Source of the DNA: a virus
Length of the DNA: 64,000 bases
Reading direction: 5' to 3' (one strand)
Virus record (IMG/VR): IMGVR_UViG_3300022745_000025
Location: 7,012 to 71,011 of that record
Shown: positions 35,670 through 44,933 of the stretch, one piece after another
Layout: each line of letters begins with the position of its first letter
Position numbering within the stretch: position 1 is the stretch's first letter
Notes under the pieces: model-generated
Told to the model about the DNA's origin: nothing
Database searches by the model: none
The model's input: the letters and a program-made list of their open reading frames with translations, nothing else
Translations under genes and position numbers: made by a program

Positions 35670-36742
35670 TGCTCTTGCTCCATCAATGCGCGGACAACAG
35701 CCGCTTGTTCCTCTGTCAGGCTCTCCAGCAACATCTCGACGACGTTGACGCTGCGCACGTCCTCGGCGCTCACATCCAGCTCATCGGTATCGATCAGTTG
35801 GGCCACCTTGACGGCGTTGGTCACCACAAAGGTGGAGGCCCCGATGCGCTGGCGGAAATTGGAGATCGCCTTGATGACGTCGGCGGCCTCATCCGCCTCG
35901 GCCTCGCCGATGACGCGCACAAAGGCGCGTGAGCCCTGCCGGTCCTTCAGGTCACGCCAGTCGATCTCGTCCAAGCCATCAGGGCCTGACCGCGACCATG
36001 TCTGCACCTTGTGATACCCGTCGTCGTCAAGGATCAGGGCGAACTTCTTGCCGTCTGTTTGGCCGTCGCCGTGGGCCATGCAATCCGAGATGCTGGATGA
36101 CAGCTGGTTTCCGACGATGACGACCTTGCCGCCAAAGGCGGTACGTCCTTGATGCTCGTGCCCAAAGACCACGGTGATGCCGCGATCGGTCAACTCTTTG
36201 GCCTGAGCCCGGCTCATGTTGAGCGAGTGGTCAGCCTGGGCTGCAAAGGTGCTGTCGAAGTTTACGTGGACCAGCAGGTATTTTGTACCAGTTGGTACAT
36301 TTTCCAACGCGAGGTCGAAGTGAGCCTGATTCACGAGGTGCGGCACCACATAAATGCCGTCGCCGATGTCGGTTGGCTTGTCGATCAGGGTGAAGTTGTC
36401 GGGGTGCTTCAGGTGCAGCAACGCCCCGACAAACTGCTCGGTGCCCAGCTTGGCGCTGTCCTTGGACAGCGAGTGGTTACCCAGTGCGAGGTACATCTCC
36501 CTATCTGGTTTTTCTGACAACCAGTCATCGAGGACTTGGTACATGTCCAACGCCTCCCCCAAAGGGATGTCGAACTGGTCAGTCAGGTCGCCGTTGATGA
36601 TGACCTTGTCGGGGCCCAGCCGCAGCAGGTAGGCAAAGCCTTGGAGGAGGTCGTCCTTCAGGGCTGCCGCAGACTGCGGTGTGGTGCCCGCAGAACGGGC
36701 TACGCCCAGGTGGACGTCATTCAATATGAGTGTGGGTTTCAT
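35666..36742 (-). CDS. SbcD/Mre11/T4 gp47-like metallophosphoesterase nuclease
   Basis: DVHLG, GDLTD, GNH, GHEH motifs. Confidence 0.85.
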   Translation of the reverse strand: MKPTLILNDVHLGVARSAGTTPQSAAALKDDLLQGFAYLLRLGPDKVIINGDLTDQFDIPLGEALDMYQVLDDWLSEKPDREMYLALGNHSLSKDSAKLGTEQFVGALLHLKHPDNFTLIDKPTDIGDGIYVVPHLVNQAHFDLALENVPTGTKYLLVHVNFDSTFAAQADHSLNMSRAQAKELTDRGITVVFGHEHQGRTAFGGKVVIVGNQLSSSISDCMAHGDGQTDGKKFALILDDDGYHKVQTWSRSGPDGLDEIDWRDLKDRQGSRAFVRVIGEAEADEAADVIKAISNFRQRIGASTFVVTNAVKVAQLIDTDELDVSAEDVRSVNVVEMLLESLTEEQAAVVRALMEQEQ

Positions 36743-37440
36743 GGAGTCTTTCTCTTTCTAGTTCTTGCTTCCTTGGCCAGCAACACACGCGTGGCTTGCT
36801 CGCCTTGGCGCACTTCTGTGTCCTTGCGGACCTTCTCGGCTTTCGCCTCGGGGTTCGCCCTGACTTCGTGACACTCTGGACAGCGGTACCGTTTGGTGCC
36901 GTTGATGTGGCTGAGCACTTTGAAGCCGGTGGACGGCTTGTGTGTGCGGCAGTAGTGACAATAGACAAGTCGTCCCTGCAAGTCCAACAAGTGGGAAAAC
37001 ATCTCGTGGGAGTTCCCCAACGCCTCCTGCGCCGACGGGTAGTTCGGCCAGTCCGTCAGGTTCCAGCTTCCTTTGTCTCCGAAGGTGACCAGTTCCTTGA
37101 CCTGCACCGTGCGCCAGACGTCCAGCGTCGAGTGGTGGACCAGCACGATGCAGACGCCGCCCGCCAACTCACGCTTTCGCATGCGCGGAAGTTGGGGGAC
37201 TTTGTCCCGCGCCAGACGAAAATCGTGGACGGTCTCTTTGACTTCCACCAACCCATGTGCGCCGATGGTGAAGAACTCAAAGTCGGCGGCTGCAGACTTG
37301 ACGATGCGCCCGGCGGCCCGGGTGTCCATCAGGCGGGTGAAGTCCCTGTCCGCCCGGCCGTACACCCAACGCTCGAGGGCCTTGTGAACTGCGTCCTCGG
37401 CCTTCTTTCCCCTGTCGGCAAACGCGCTCTTGAAGGTCAT
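36739..37440 (-). CDS. RecU-like Holliday junction resolvase with C-terminal zinc ribbon
   Basis: RGKKAE...ADFEFF...LVEVKET PD-(D/E)xK pattern; CHYC/CPEC. Confidence 0.6.
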   Translation of the reverse strand: MTFKSAFADRGKKAEDAVHKALERWVYGRADRDFTRLMDTRAAGRIVKSAAADFEFFTIGAHGLVEVKETVHDFRLARDKVPQLPRMRKRELAGGVCIVLVHHSTLDVWRTVQVKELVTFGDKGSWNLTDWPNYPSAQEALGNSHEMFSHLLDLQGRLVYCHYCRTHKPSTGFKVLSHINGTKRYRCPECHEVRANPEAKAEKVRKDTEVRQGEQATRVLLAKEARTRKRKTP

Positions 37441-37459
37441 TTGCGCCTCCAGAGGTTCT

Positions 37460-37693
37460 TCAGTGCTGACCAAAGCCGTCGGTACCAGACTTGGTACACG
37501 ATGGTGATGACGGCTTCGACGGGGCTGGCTCGTAGCCTCTGGCTTCTGGGCCGCAGAAGCCATACAGCGGGCTGCGGACCATGCGAGCGGCTACGGGGCG
37601 GCCGGTGACTGGATCCCTGACGTTGTCGGGGTGCAGGCAGTAGGAGATCAGTTGCGACTTGTCGCAGTGTTTGCATTCGTGACAGAAGGTCAT
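37460..37693 (-). CDS. Small Cys-rich hypothetical protein
   Basis: CHECKHC...C...CGPEAR; A-rich leader. Confidence 0.55.
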   Translation of the reverse strand: MTFCHECKHCDKSQLISYCLHPDNVRDPVTGRPVAARMVRSPLYGFCGPEARGYEPAPSKPSSPSCTKSGTDGFGQH

Positions 37694-37755
37694 CTCTTTG
37701 TTGTTCTTGTTGTGAGATGGAGGGAAAGTGGCCGCTTACGGCGGCCAGTCGTCGG

Positions 37756-38481
37756 TCAATCAGATGAGCTGTACGAACCTCCTGAGTCAGGCTTGTAGGA
37801 CTCAACCGCCCTCTGAAGGAGAGCCTTGTCCTCCGATCGCCAGTCAGAGAATCTCCTGCCGTTTGGCTGAGTGGCCACCAAGTCCTCAGTCGACCACTTC
37901 CGGTGCTTCATTCGGTCTCTTATCAATTCAGGCCCGACACCTGTAATCTCGGTCCACTGATAAAGCTGAAGTGTTCGCCCGAAAGCTGTTACGACAGTCT
38001 TCTTGGATCTGTTTCTGCAGTTCACCTGATGCGGGACCCACCTGACGTTCCCCGGTTCATAATTTCCGTCGTTGTCAATTCGATCCAATGTCATTCCTTC
38101 TGGTCTAGGTCCTACATCATTCTTGAAAGACTCGAAGGACGCTTGCCACTTCGGGTCCATACGGATACCTCTACCTCCGTATCTTGGGTAACACCTGACG
38201 TTGGGGTTGGTTGTTCTGGATTTGATGTTCATCCAAATTCCGTGCAAGGAAGTGCCACCCTCTCCGTGAGTTGTCTTGAGCCGTCTGGCTACCTCTTTTT
38301 GAATACACCCGCATGACTTGTGCTTGTCATTCAGCAGGTGGTACTTGATAGCTATAGACTCATTCCCACAGTCACACAGACAGCGCCACTTACTTGGTCG
38401 GTGTGATACTTTCTCGATGACTGTGAGCCTGTGGATCTTCTGGCCTGGAGTTGGATCTGGCGTTGGTTTCCGCGGCATCAC
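37756..38481 (-). CDS. Free-standing HNH homing endonuclease
   Basis: RLTVI..WRCLCDCGN, SCGC, YGGRGI, TLDRIDNDGNYEPGNVRW; lower GC. Confidence 0.85.
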   Translation of the reverse strand: MMPRKPTPDPTPGQKIHRLTVIEKVSHRPSKWRCLCDCGNESIAIKYHLLNDKHKSCGCIQKEVARRLKTTHGEGGTSLHGIWMNIKSRTTNPNVRCYPRYGGRGIRMDPKWQASFESFKNDVGPRPEGMTLDRIDNDGNYEPGNVRWVPHQVNCRNRSKKTVVTAFGRTLQLYQWTEITGVGPELIRDRMKHRKWSTEDLVATQPNGRRFSDWRSEDKALLQRAVESYKPDSGGSYSSSD

Positions 38482-41400
38482 TCGCCTCCAAACAGTTCTT
38501 GAACTGCTTTCAAGATGACGGCATCGTCTACCACCTCACCCACCTCGACAGGGCATGTGAAATCCCTGCCAATGGCGATTGAGCTGACGGCAGGGATACA
38601 CATGTCCGCGAACGGGGCAGTCATGTGCTTGTGCATTTCACGAATGAAAGGAACAACCTGATCGCGGTGCACACTGGCCACACATTCATCGTGGATGGTT
38701 GCAATGAACTCCGCGTCAAACTCTCCAGAGGTAAACAACCCAGAGGACCACATCCGAGACATGGCCAGCTTCACCTGAGCTGCAGAACTCCCCTGAATGA
38801 CTGCGTTACAGGCTTGGCGTTCGGCTCTGGACTCTTCTGACCTGTCTGTTGAACTAAGGGCTGCCGCTAGGTGTCTCCGGTCTCCTAAGAATGTCCTCGA
38901 GTAACCCAACAGGTGGGCCTCCTCGGTGACCTTGTCTTTCCACTTGTTGACTCCCGGGAAGGCTTCATCCAAAGCGTCCAAGAACTTCTGGGCGGTGTCC
39001 TCATCTGTCTTCAGCTGCAATGCCAGTTTCGGAGCTGCAATACCGTAGATCGAGCCAAACAGCGTGGCTTTGGCTCCCTTTCTGAGGGCGTCTGCCTTAT
39101 CTCTGATGGCCTTATCAGAAGACTTTCTCATCGCCATGAAGTCTTCGTAGGTGATGGTCTCACCCCATACGTACGGAGCAGCTCTCACCGCTACCAGCGA
39201 GTGCACGTCCTGCTTCTTTTCACCTACATAGCAACCAATCAGGTTCTGGTCCTGACTTGCGTGCGCAGTAGCTCGAATCTCCTGTGCGTTGAAGTCAAGG
39301 CTTACAACAACAGCTTCGTCGTGGTGAGCTTTCAGCACCGCCCTGAAGCCAGACACCGAAGGCAACTGCTGCAGGTTTGGGTCGCTGCTCGAATACCTCT
39401 TGGTCACTGTGGCGCATTGGTTGAAGTTGGGGTGGATACGCCCATCAGACCAATGCACAACCTTCTTGTAGGTGTTGTAGAACATCTTCATCCGCGTGGT
39501 GACCTCCTTGATCTTGAGGTACGCCTTGAGGACCTTGCGCTGGTCGTCGGTCAGGTCGTCCTTGGCCAAGGCCAAGTCGATGGCTTGGTCGTCCGTCGAC
39601 GCTTTCTTCTGCCACATCTCCCGCATGGCATCCGTGACCTCGACCTTGCGGCCTTGGTTCAGGCGCTTGAGGGCGCTGAACGCCTCACGCATCTCTTCGT
39701 TCTCACGCTCTTTCGGGGTGAGCTTGTTGTAGATGCGGGGCACCATGCCCAGAGAGCCGTACAGCAACTTCTGCACCTGACGTGGCGAGTCGAAGTTGAT
39801 CTTGGGCTCACCGTTGAAGTGACGGTCGACGAAGGCGTTGAGCGCGACCACAGAACCCTGCTCCACGGCCAGTGCGATGGCCTCGGCGGTCTCGTTGTCG
39901 GGGAACTGGAGACGCAGGTCGGCGGCCACGGCTGGCAGCTTCTTCTTGCGGGTGGTGAACTCCTCGCCCAGAACGATCTCGCACACCTGCTTGACGGCGG
40001 CCACATCCACGTCCTCAAACACCGGCTTCACGGTGCCGGACCAGCCTTGGGTGAACAGGTAGTCCCGCAGGATTTCCCAGTTCGTCTGGTAGGTGGCTTT
40101 GTCTTCGCGCTCGAGATCCATCAACGTCTTAAGGTCGACACGTACTCCCTTGACGAAGGCCAAGTTGGTCAGATACATGGGCAGCCTCTCGACTTGGTCG
40201 AATACGGCTGCAGTCTGCTCGACTCCCATAACCCGGCGGAACTGCACATGCAGCCAAGCGGTGACGATGGTGTCGTCGCAGCCGTAGTTCATGACGCGCC
40301 GGCCTGTCAGCTCGCACATCTTGTACTGCTTCTTGTACCAACCGTCCTCAGTGACGGCGGGCTTGGTCTCGATGGTGCGGGTCACTTCCACCATCTGCTC
40401 CTCGACCTCCTCCAGTCTTGTCACTTCCGTGTACTCGGCAGGCTCCACCGTCTTGGTGAACGGCCCAGCCACCACGATGCCGCCCGGGAGGATGACGTCG
40501 AGGGGGCCTTCCATGGTCGTCACCTGCTCATAGGTCTCCTGCTCGTACCCTAGAACCGCCTTGGCCCTGTGCTTCAGTCCTCTAGGCTGGTTCTCGTCGA
40601 CGTAGGATGCTTCAACCATCGTGTCAACCACGTTTGGCAGGAAACCGAACCAACCGTTGTCCTTCCACTTGTCTCCCCACGCCCGATGCAGTACGGGCCC
40701 CTCAAAGGCTGCGTTGTGCACGATCAGGTCGACAGATTTCGGCACTTCTTCCACCATTTCGCGGCACTGGTCTACGGAAATGTTCTCGGTGTCGGCATGG
40801 TTTACGCTCATGTAAACCGTGTGCTGCAGGTTGTCGCCGAAGGTCAGGGACATTCCTGTCAGCTCTGCACCCAAAACGTCGACCTTCTTTCCTCGTGCGC
40901 CGATGTACTCCAGCCACTCGTCGGACGCCTCGCCAGACGATGTCTCGATGTCCAAGGAGACAAACTCGGTCTTCTCGAGGGCGGACTTGAACCTGCTGCG
41001 GGCGGAGGCGTAGTTGAGGGCGGTCACCAAAGTCTTGGTGCCGTACCAGTGCTTCATCTGCGGGATGCGCTGCTCTTCAGGCACCTCATTCCACGGCATG
41101 GCCATGGCTGGCACCCAATCAATGGCGTGGTGCTTGGTGGCCACCTCGTCAGGCATCAGGCGTGCCACCTGCCAGCTCTTGTAGACCAGATCCTCGCTGT
41201 CGATGATCTTCTGTAGCTTGGGGAACTCGGATACATCCTCGCGCAGCTTCTTGATGTCTTGGCTGAGGATCAGCTTCTCGAGCATCTCGAGTCCATCGAG
41301 GCCGAAGATGCGCACCAGCTCCACAAAAGACGCATCCCCGAAACCGCGAGCGCCGGGGATGTTGTCAGAGGTATCGCCCACCAGCGCCTTGTAGAGCGTG

Positions 41401-41951
41401 ATGTAGCGATGGGGGAAGGCCCCGAAAGGGTTCTTGTTGAGCTCCCCGCCTTTCCAGACGTGGGTGTTGGGGTCGACGAGGACGCACAAGTCGCCGTCAC
41501 CGGTGGAGACGACGTTGGGGCGGTCGCGCAGGTCTCGCACCAACCGGGCGATCACGTCGTCCGCCTCCCGGGCCTTCACGCTGCACACCGTAAAGCCCAC
41601 CTGACGGAGCATGGGGGCCAGCATGTCACGGGCCATACCCAGCTGGATGTGGACGGCGGAAGCCTTGTCACGCCCCTGCTTGTAGGGCGGGTACATGGTC
41701 TGGCGAAAGGACTTGGCGCCGAGGCCGTCCCACACGCCGATGCAGTCTTTGGGAGCCACACCGAAGTGGTTCATCGTGTCCAAAAGCGCATCGAAAAAAC
41801 GCTCTACACCGTAGAGCGCCGTATTCACATGTTGGACCTTGCCGGTTTCGGGGTCGGTGACCATCTCGCCGTCGGGGTCCTTGCCTCCGAGGAGGGCGGC
41901 GTTGAGCATTCCGTTCAGGTCAACGATCAGCCTTACGGGTGATTTTTTCAT
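38478..41951 (-). CDS. polA: DNA polymerase I (family A) with 5'-3' and 3'-5' exonuclease domains
   Basis: EADDVI, STGDGDL, GDTSDNIPG (5' exo); SLDIET (3' exo); SDPNLQQLP, LDFNAQEIR, AKATLFGSIYG, TIHDE (pol motifs). Confidence 0.95.
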   Translation of the reverse strand: MKKSPVRLIVDLNGMLNAALLGGKDPDGEMVTDPETGKVQHVNTALYGVERFFDALLDTMNHFGVAPKDCIGVWDGLGAKSFRQTMYPPYKQGRDKASAVHIQLGMARDMLAPMLRQVGFTVCSVKAREADDVIARLVRDLRDRPNVVSTGDGDLCVLVDPNTHVWKGGELNKNPFGAFPHRYITLYKALVGDTSDNIPGARGFGDASFVELVRIFGLDGLEMLEKLILSQDIKKLREDVSEFPKLQKIIDSEDLVYKSWQVARLMPDEVATKHHAIDWVPAMAMPWNEVPEEQRIPQMKHWYGTKTLVTALNYASARSRFKSALEKTEFVSLDIETSSGEASDEWLEYIGARGKKVDVLGAELTGMSLTFGDNLQHTVYMSVNHADTENISVDQCREMVEEVPKSVDLIVHNAAFEGPVLHRAWGDKWKDNGWFGFLPNVVDTMVEASYVDENQPRGLKHRAKAVLGYEQETYEQVTTMEGPLDVILPGGIVVAGPFTKTVEPAEYTEVTRLEEVEEQMVEVTRTIETKPAVTEDGWYKKQYKMCELTGRRVMNYGCDDTIVTAWLHVQFRRVMGVEQTAAVFDQVERLPMYLTNLAFVKGVRVDLKTLMDLEREDKATYQTNWEILRDYLFTQGWSGTVKPVFEDVDVAAVKQVCEIVLGEEFTTRKKKLPAVAADLRLQFPDNETAEAIALAVEQGSVVALNAFVDRHFNGEPKINFDSPRQVQKLLYGSLGMVPRIYNKLTPKERENEEMREAFSALKRLNQGRKVEVTDAMREMWQKKASTDDQAIDLALAKDDLTDDQRKVLKAYLKIKEVTTRMKMFYNTYKKVVHWSDGRIHPNFNQCATVTKRYSSSDPNLQQLPSVSGFRAVLKAHHDEAVVVSLDFNAQEIRATAHASQDQNLIGCYVGEKKQDVHSLVAVRAAPYVWGETITYEDFMAMRKSSDKAIRDKADALRKGAKATLFGSIYGIAAPKLALQLKTDEDTAQKFLDALDEAFPGVNKWKDKVTEEAHLLGYSRTFLGDRRHLAAALSSTDRSEESRAERQACNAVIQGSSAAQVKLAMSRMWSSGLFTSGEFDAEFIATIHDECVASVHRDQVVPFIREMHKHMTAPFADMCIPAVSSIAIGRDFTCPVEVGEVVDDAVILKAVQELFGGE

Positions 41952-42318
41952 GGCGGGGTTCGCTTTCTTCTTCTTGTTGTTTTGCGAAATCGAGAGACGC
42001 AATGAAGCGTCGGCCGGTGAAGCGCGGCACACGGCGCGGCTCCATCCAGCTTGGGTAGATGGATGGCTCCATCTCTTCAGGGTCAATCACGGCGGTGGCC
42101 ATGATGTACAGGGGTTCTTTCTGCGTGGGCGTCTGGACGAGCATCACGCGACCTTCTCGCACCTCAACGGCCAGCCAACCCCACACATACCTGTGTGTCA
42201 GGCCCAGACCGGCGACCGACGCGCAGAGTCCTCGCCGGGTCTTGGGGCTCTTGAGCAGGGCGACCAGCATCTTGGTAGCCCGCTCGGAGATCTCGGTTGT
42301 GGTCGCTTTGCGTTTCAT
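41920..42318 (-). CDS. Hypothetical basic protein, possible winged-helix DNA binder
   Basis: Coupled ORF; basic N-terminal helical region. Confidence 0.45.
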   Translation of the reverse strand: MKRKATTTEISERATKMLVALLKSPKTRRGLCASVAGLGLTHRYVWGWLAVEVREGRVMLVQTPTQKEPLYIMATAVIDPEEMEPSIYPSWMEPRRVPRFTGRRFIASLDFAKQQEEESEPRHEKITRKADR

Positions 42319-42551
42319 CCCCGGTACCTCTCCCAATCCACCTGACAGAGGTAGCAGCGGCGCTTACCGAGATTCAGTCGAGCTGCCTCGATGGGCTCTG
42401 AGCAGTCCATGCAATCGGGGTAGGGGTAGGTCCCATCGGCTCGTGGCACCTGCTCAGGGCGGGCTTTCTTACGGGCCAGGTACAGGTGGTTGGCTGTCTC
42501 TCGCTCAGCCAGCTCGTTAGCCTGATCGACTTCGTCACCGACTTCTCTCAT
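42315..42551 (-). CDS. TraR/DksA C4 zinc-finger protein
   Basis: N-terminal DEVDQA (DxxDxA) and CMDC...IEAARL...CYLCQ. Confidence 0.85.
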   Translation of the reverse strand: MREVGDEVDQANELAERETANHLYLARKKARPEQVPRADGTYPYPDCMDCSEPIEAARLNLGKRRCYLCQVDWERYRG

Positions 42552-43111
42552 CTGCGGCCTCCGTGTACGGCCACAAATTCGGCGATCTTTCGCAGCTCGA
42601 CCTTCAGCTCTCCGATCGTGCCGTTGTTGTCAATGTCGAAATCGACGAGGTCGGGGTCAATCCCTCGCTCGGATGCATGGTCGGCAGCTTCGCCATTGAG
42701 TCCACCCACGTCCCGGTGCATGCGGAGGATGAAGCCGCCGCGGTCCATGATGGCGTGGGCTTCGTGGTCGAAACGAATATCGGTGACGATCACCGACTTC
42801 TCGTTCTTGTACCAAGTGTCCAGGCGGTGCATCAAGTGCCTGACCCAGATGTCATCGCCAAACACCGGCTTCATGGCGTCGTTGCCAAGCAGCTGCATGA
42901 TGCGTCGGCGGGTCATCCCCAGCCACTCCACTTCACCCTCTTTCAGGGCGTCGTGGTTCATGGCCTGAACGTGCTCGTCGGTGAGCACGGCAGCCATCTT
43001 CTTCATGGGGGTGGCAAAGGCGACGGGCGTGTACCCGAACTCCTGTTGCAAAAAGGACGCAGCTGTGTCCTTGCCGGAGCGTGCCCGCCCGGTGATACCT
43101 ATCAGGTTCAT
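42548..43111 (-). CDS. Deoxynucleoside monophosphate kinase
   Basis: LIGITGRARSGKDTAA, FATPMK, VTDIRF, DHASE, IDNNGT. Confidence 0.85.
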   Translation of the reverse strand: MNLIGITGRARSGKDTAASFLQQEFGYTPVAFATPMKKMAAVLTDEHVQAMNHDALKEGEVEWLGMTRRRIMQLLGNDAMKPVFGDDIWVRHLMHRLDTWYKNEKSVIVTDIRFDHEAHAIMDRGGFILRMHRDVGGLNGEAADHASERGIDPDLVDFDIDNNGTIGELKVELRKIAEFVAVHGGRR

Positions 43112-43177
43112 CTCGACTCTTTCTTCTTGTTTTAGGTGAGTCGCCGCTTTGTGCGGCGCGTGATGTTACCAACTTAC

Positions 43178-44308
43178 TCAGTCGACGTCATGCAGGTTGT
43201 CATGCCAGCGTTTCAGCCTCCAGATTGCGACGTTTGCGACCACCGCCTGAGGCTCCGGCTTCTCAACCAACGGGTCGATTCGGGTCAGGTCGTAGAAGCC
43301 CTTGGGACTCACCACTTCATGCCTCAGGACGTAGAAGTTGAAGAGCTCCAGCATGTTGACCGTGTAGCCCATGCGCTTGCTCAGCCTCTGCTCCCTGCAC
43401 CTGACCAAGATGTCCCCGAGTGAGGCTTCCTTGGCCAGCTTCGTGGTGTCGTACCGGTGGCGGAACGCGCCCCGACGACCTACTGGTTGTGTTCCGACTC
43501 CCTCGACTGCGTCGTACACAGAGGCAGCGTGAGCTCTCGCCTCCATGTCCGTCCTGAGCTGTCGGAAGATTTCGTTGAGTTGCGCATACTGGGACGGGAA
43601 CCTCTCCGGAAAGAGGTCCCGCATCGTGTGGTGATACGCAGCCAGAATGGTCTCGAGGAACGGGTCGTCCACGCAGATGACGTCACGAACCAACGCCCTG
43701 TAGGCGATGGGCGTGGCGATGCGAAACTGCTTGGTGCACATCTGGCCCCACCGGAGGTCCCCGGTGCCGTGGTACAGGTCCAGCCCGTAATTGAGTGACC
43801 CACCTGCGACCTCGATGAACGCTCCATTGATGGACTTGCGGCCGTTCGACAGGCTGTCGTCGAACGCTGTGATGACCCCTCGGGGCTGCAGGGCGGCTAT
43901 GACGGCTGCCACCGTTGAAAGGTTCGAGCCCTTCTTGACGTGTGGCCCGCGCAGCTTTCCTCTGTGGCCCTCCAGCGTCCCAAGGGGACTGCGCCCCTTG
44001 GTCGGCAACCCTTTCAGCACCTTGCCGAAATCACTGCAGATGTTTGCCCACTCGCGCTCTGTGATCGGATGCTGCTTGAGCAGCTGGAACAGGACCGTCG
44101 AGCCGTGCAAGCCCCACGCCATGGGGCGTGGGTCTGGTCGGTAGGATTTGGGGGCATCGAGACCGTACGCCTCCAAGCCCATATCCACCACCTCGGTGAA
44201 CACTTCGTATGCCCCGTGGTAGCGAAGCTGGCGTTGGATGGCGCCCGCCAGCTTCATCAGATCAAACTCCGAATACTCGACTGAGATCACGCAACTCTCC
44301 TTCCACAT
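43178..44308 (-). CDS. Hypothetical protein (about 376 aa)
   Basis: Long ORF with phage-like codon use filling the gap; no recognised motif; start uncertain. Confidence 0.6.
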   Translation of the reverse strand: MWKESCVISVEYSEFDLMKLAGAIQRQLRYHGAYEVFTEVVDMGLEAYGLDAPKSYRPDPRPMAWGLHGSTVLFQLLKQHPITEREWANICSDFGKVLKGLPTKGRSPLGTLEGHRGKLRGPHVKKGSNLSTVAAVIAALQPRGVITAFDDSLSNGRKSINGAFIEVAGGSLNYGLDLYHGTGDLRWGQMCTKQFRIATPIAYRALVRDVICVDDPFLETILAAYHHTMRDLFPERFPSQYAQLNEIFRQLRTDMEARAHAASVYDAVEGVGTQPVGRRGAFRHRYDTTKLAKEASLGDILVRCREQRLSKRMGYTVNMLELFNFYVLRHEVVSPKGFYDLTRIDPLVEKPEPQAVVANVAIWRLKRWHDNLHDVD

Positions 44309-44933
44309 CCCTATTCAGGGCGGCGTGGGTCGAGAAGCCGCCCTTGTATCGGTGCTTGAGCTTGGCGACATTGGTCTTCACCAGCATCGGGATGACCTCT
44401 TCGATGGTGCCGAGGTCCTGCAGTTCGGTGTCTTTGCTGTGGAGCAGCAGGAAGCCGTAGGTGGCGCAGAGCATGGCCTGCTTGGCCTGCTCGTCGTTGG
44501 GTTCTTTGTCGTACGCCAACCAACGCTTGGCGATGTCCAGCAGCGGGTTGAAGTTGAACTGCGCGGCGTCCGCCATGCTGGGTTCAATGTCATCTTCGCT
44601 GGGGATTCCGCTGTCGGGGAAGAACTGCCAAGACTCGTTGGCCACCCTGTGCGCATGGTCGTGGAGCTCATCGTCCTCGTACGTCGTCGGGGGCAGTTGC
44701 TGCAGCGCGGCCGTCATGAAGAACAGGTAGTCACCGCACTCCTCGATGAAGTTGGTGCGGTCCTTGGCTGTACAGGCTTCGTGGTACTCGGTCACCATCC
44801 CCAGGACGGCGTGAGTGAACATGGTGGATCGGGGTAGGGGGCGGAAGAGGTTGGCCACGAACTGGTCATAGGTGACGTCAGGGATACCTGTGTCGGCGTG
44901 TCGGATCATGTTGTGGGTGTCTGTGAAGCTCAT
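44262..44933 (-). CDS. MazG-like nucleotide pyrophosphohydrolase
   Basis: HAVLGMVTEYHE...EECGDYLFF acidic motifs; NVAKLKHRY.GGFS...NR tail. Confidence 0.75.
   Translation of the reverse strand: MSFTDTHNMIRHADTGIPDVTYDQFVANLFRPLPRSTMFTHAVLGMVTEYHEACTAKDRTNFIEECGDYLFFMTAALQQLPPTTYEDDELHDHAHRVANESWQFFPDSGIPSEDDIEPSMADAAQFNFNPLLDIAKRWLAYDKEPNDEQAKQAMLCATYGFLLLHSKDTELQDLGTIEEVIPMLVKTNVAKLKHRYKGGFSTHAALNRDVEGELRDLSRVFGV

Noticed and set aside
41952-42086. Upstream start extensions in the ORF track (polA 42086; also 37563, 45005, 7737, 9487)
   Set aside because: The extensions overlap neighbouring genes and look non-coding; internal starts have better leaders and coupling.
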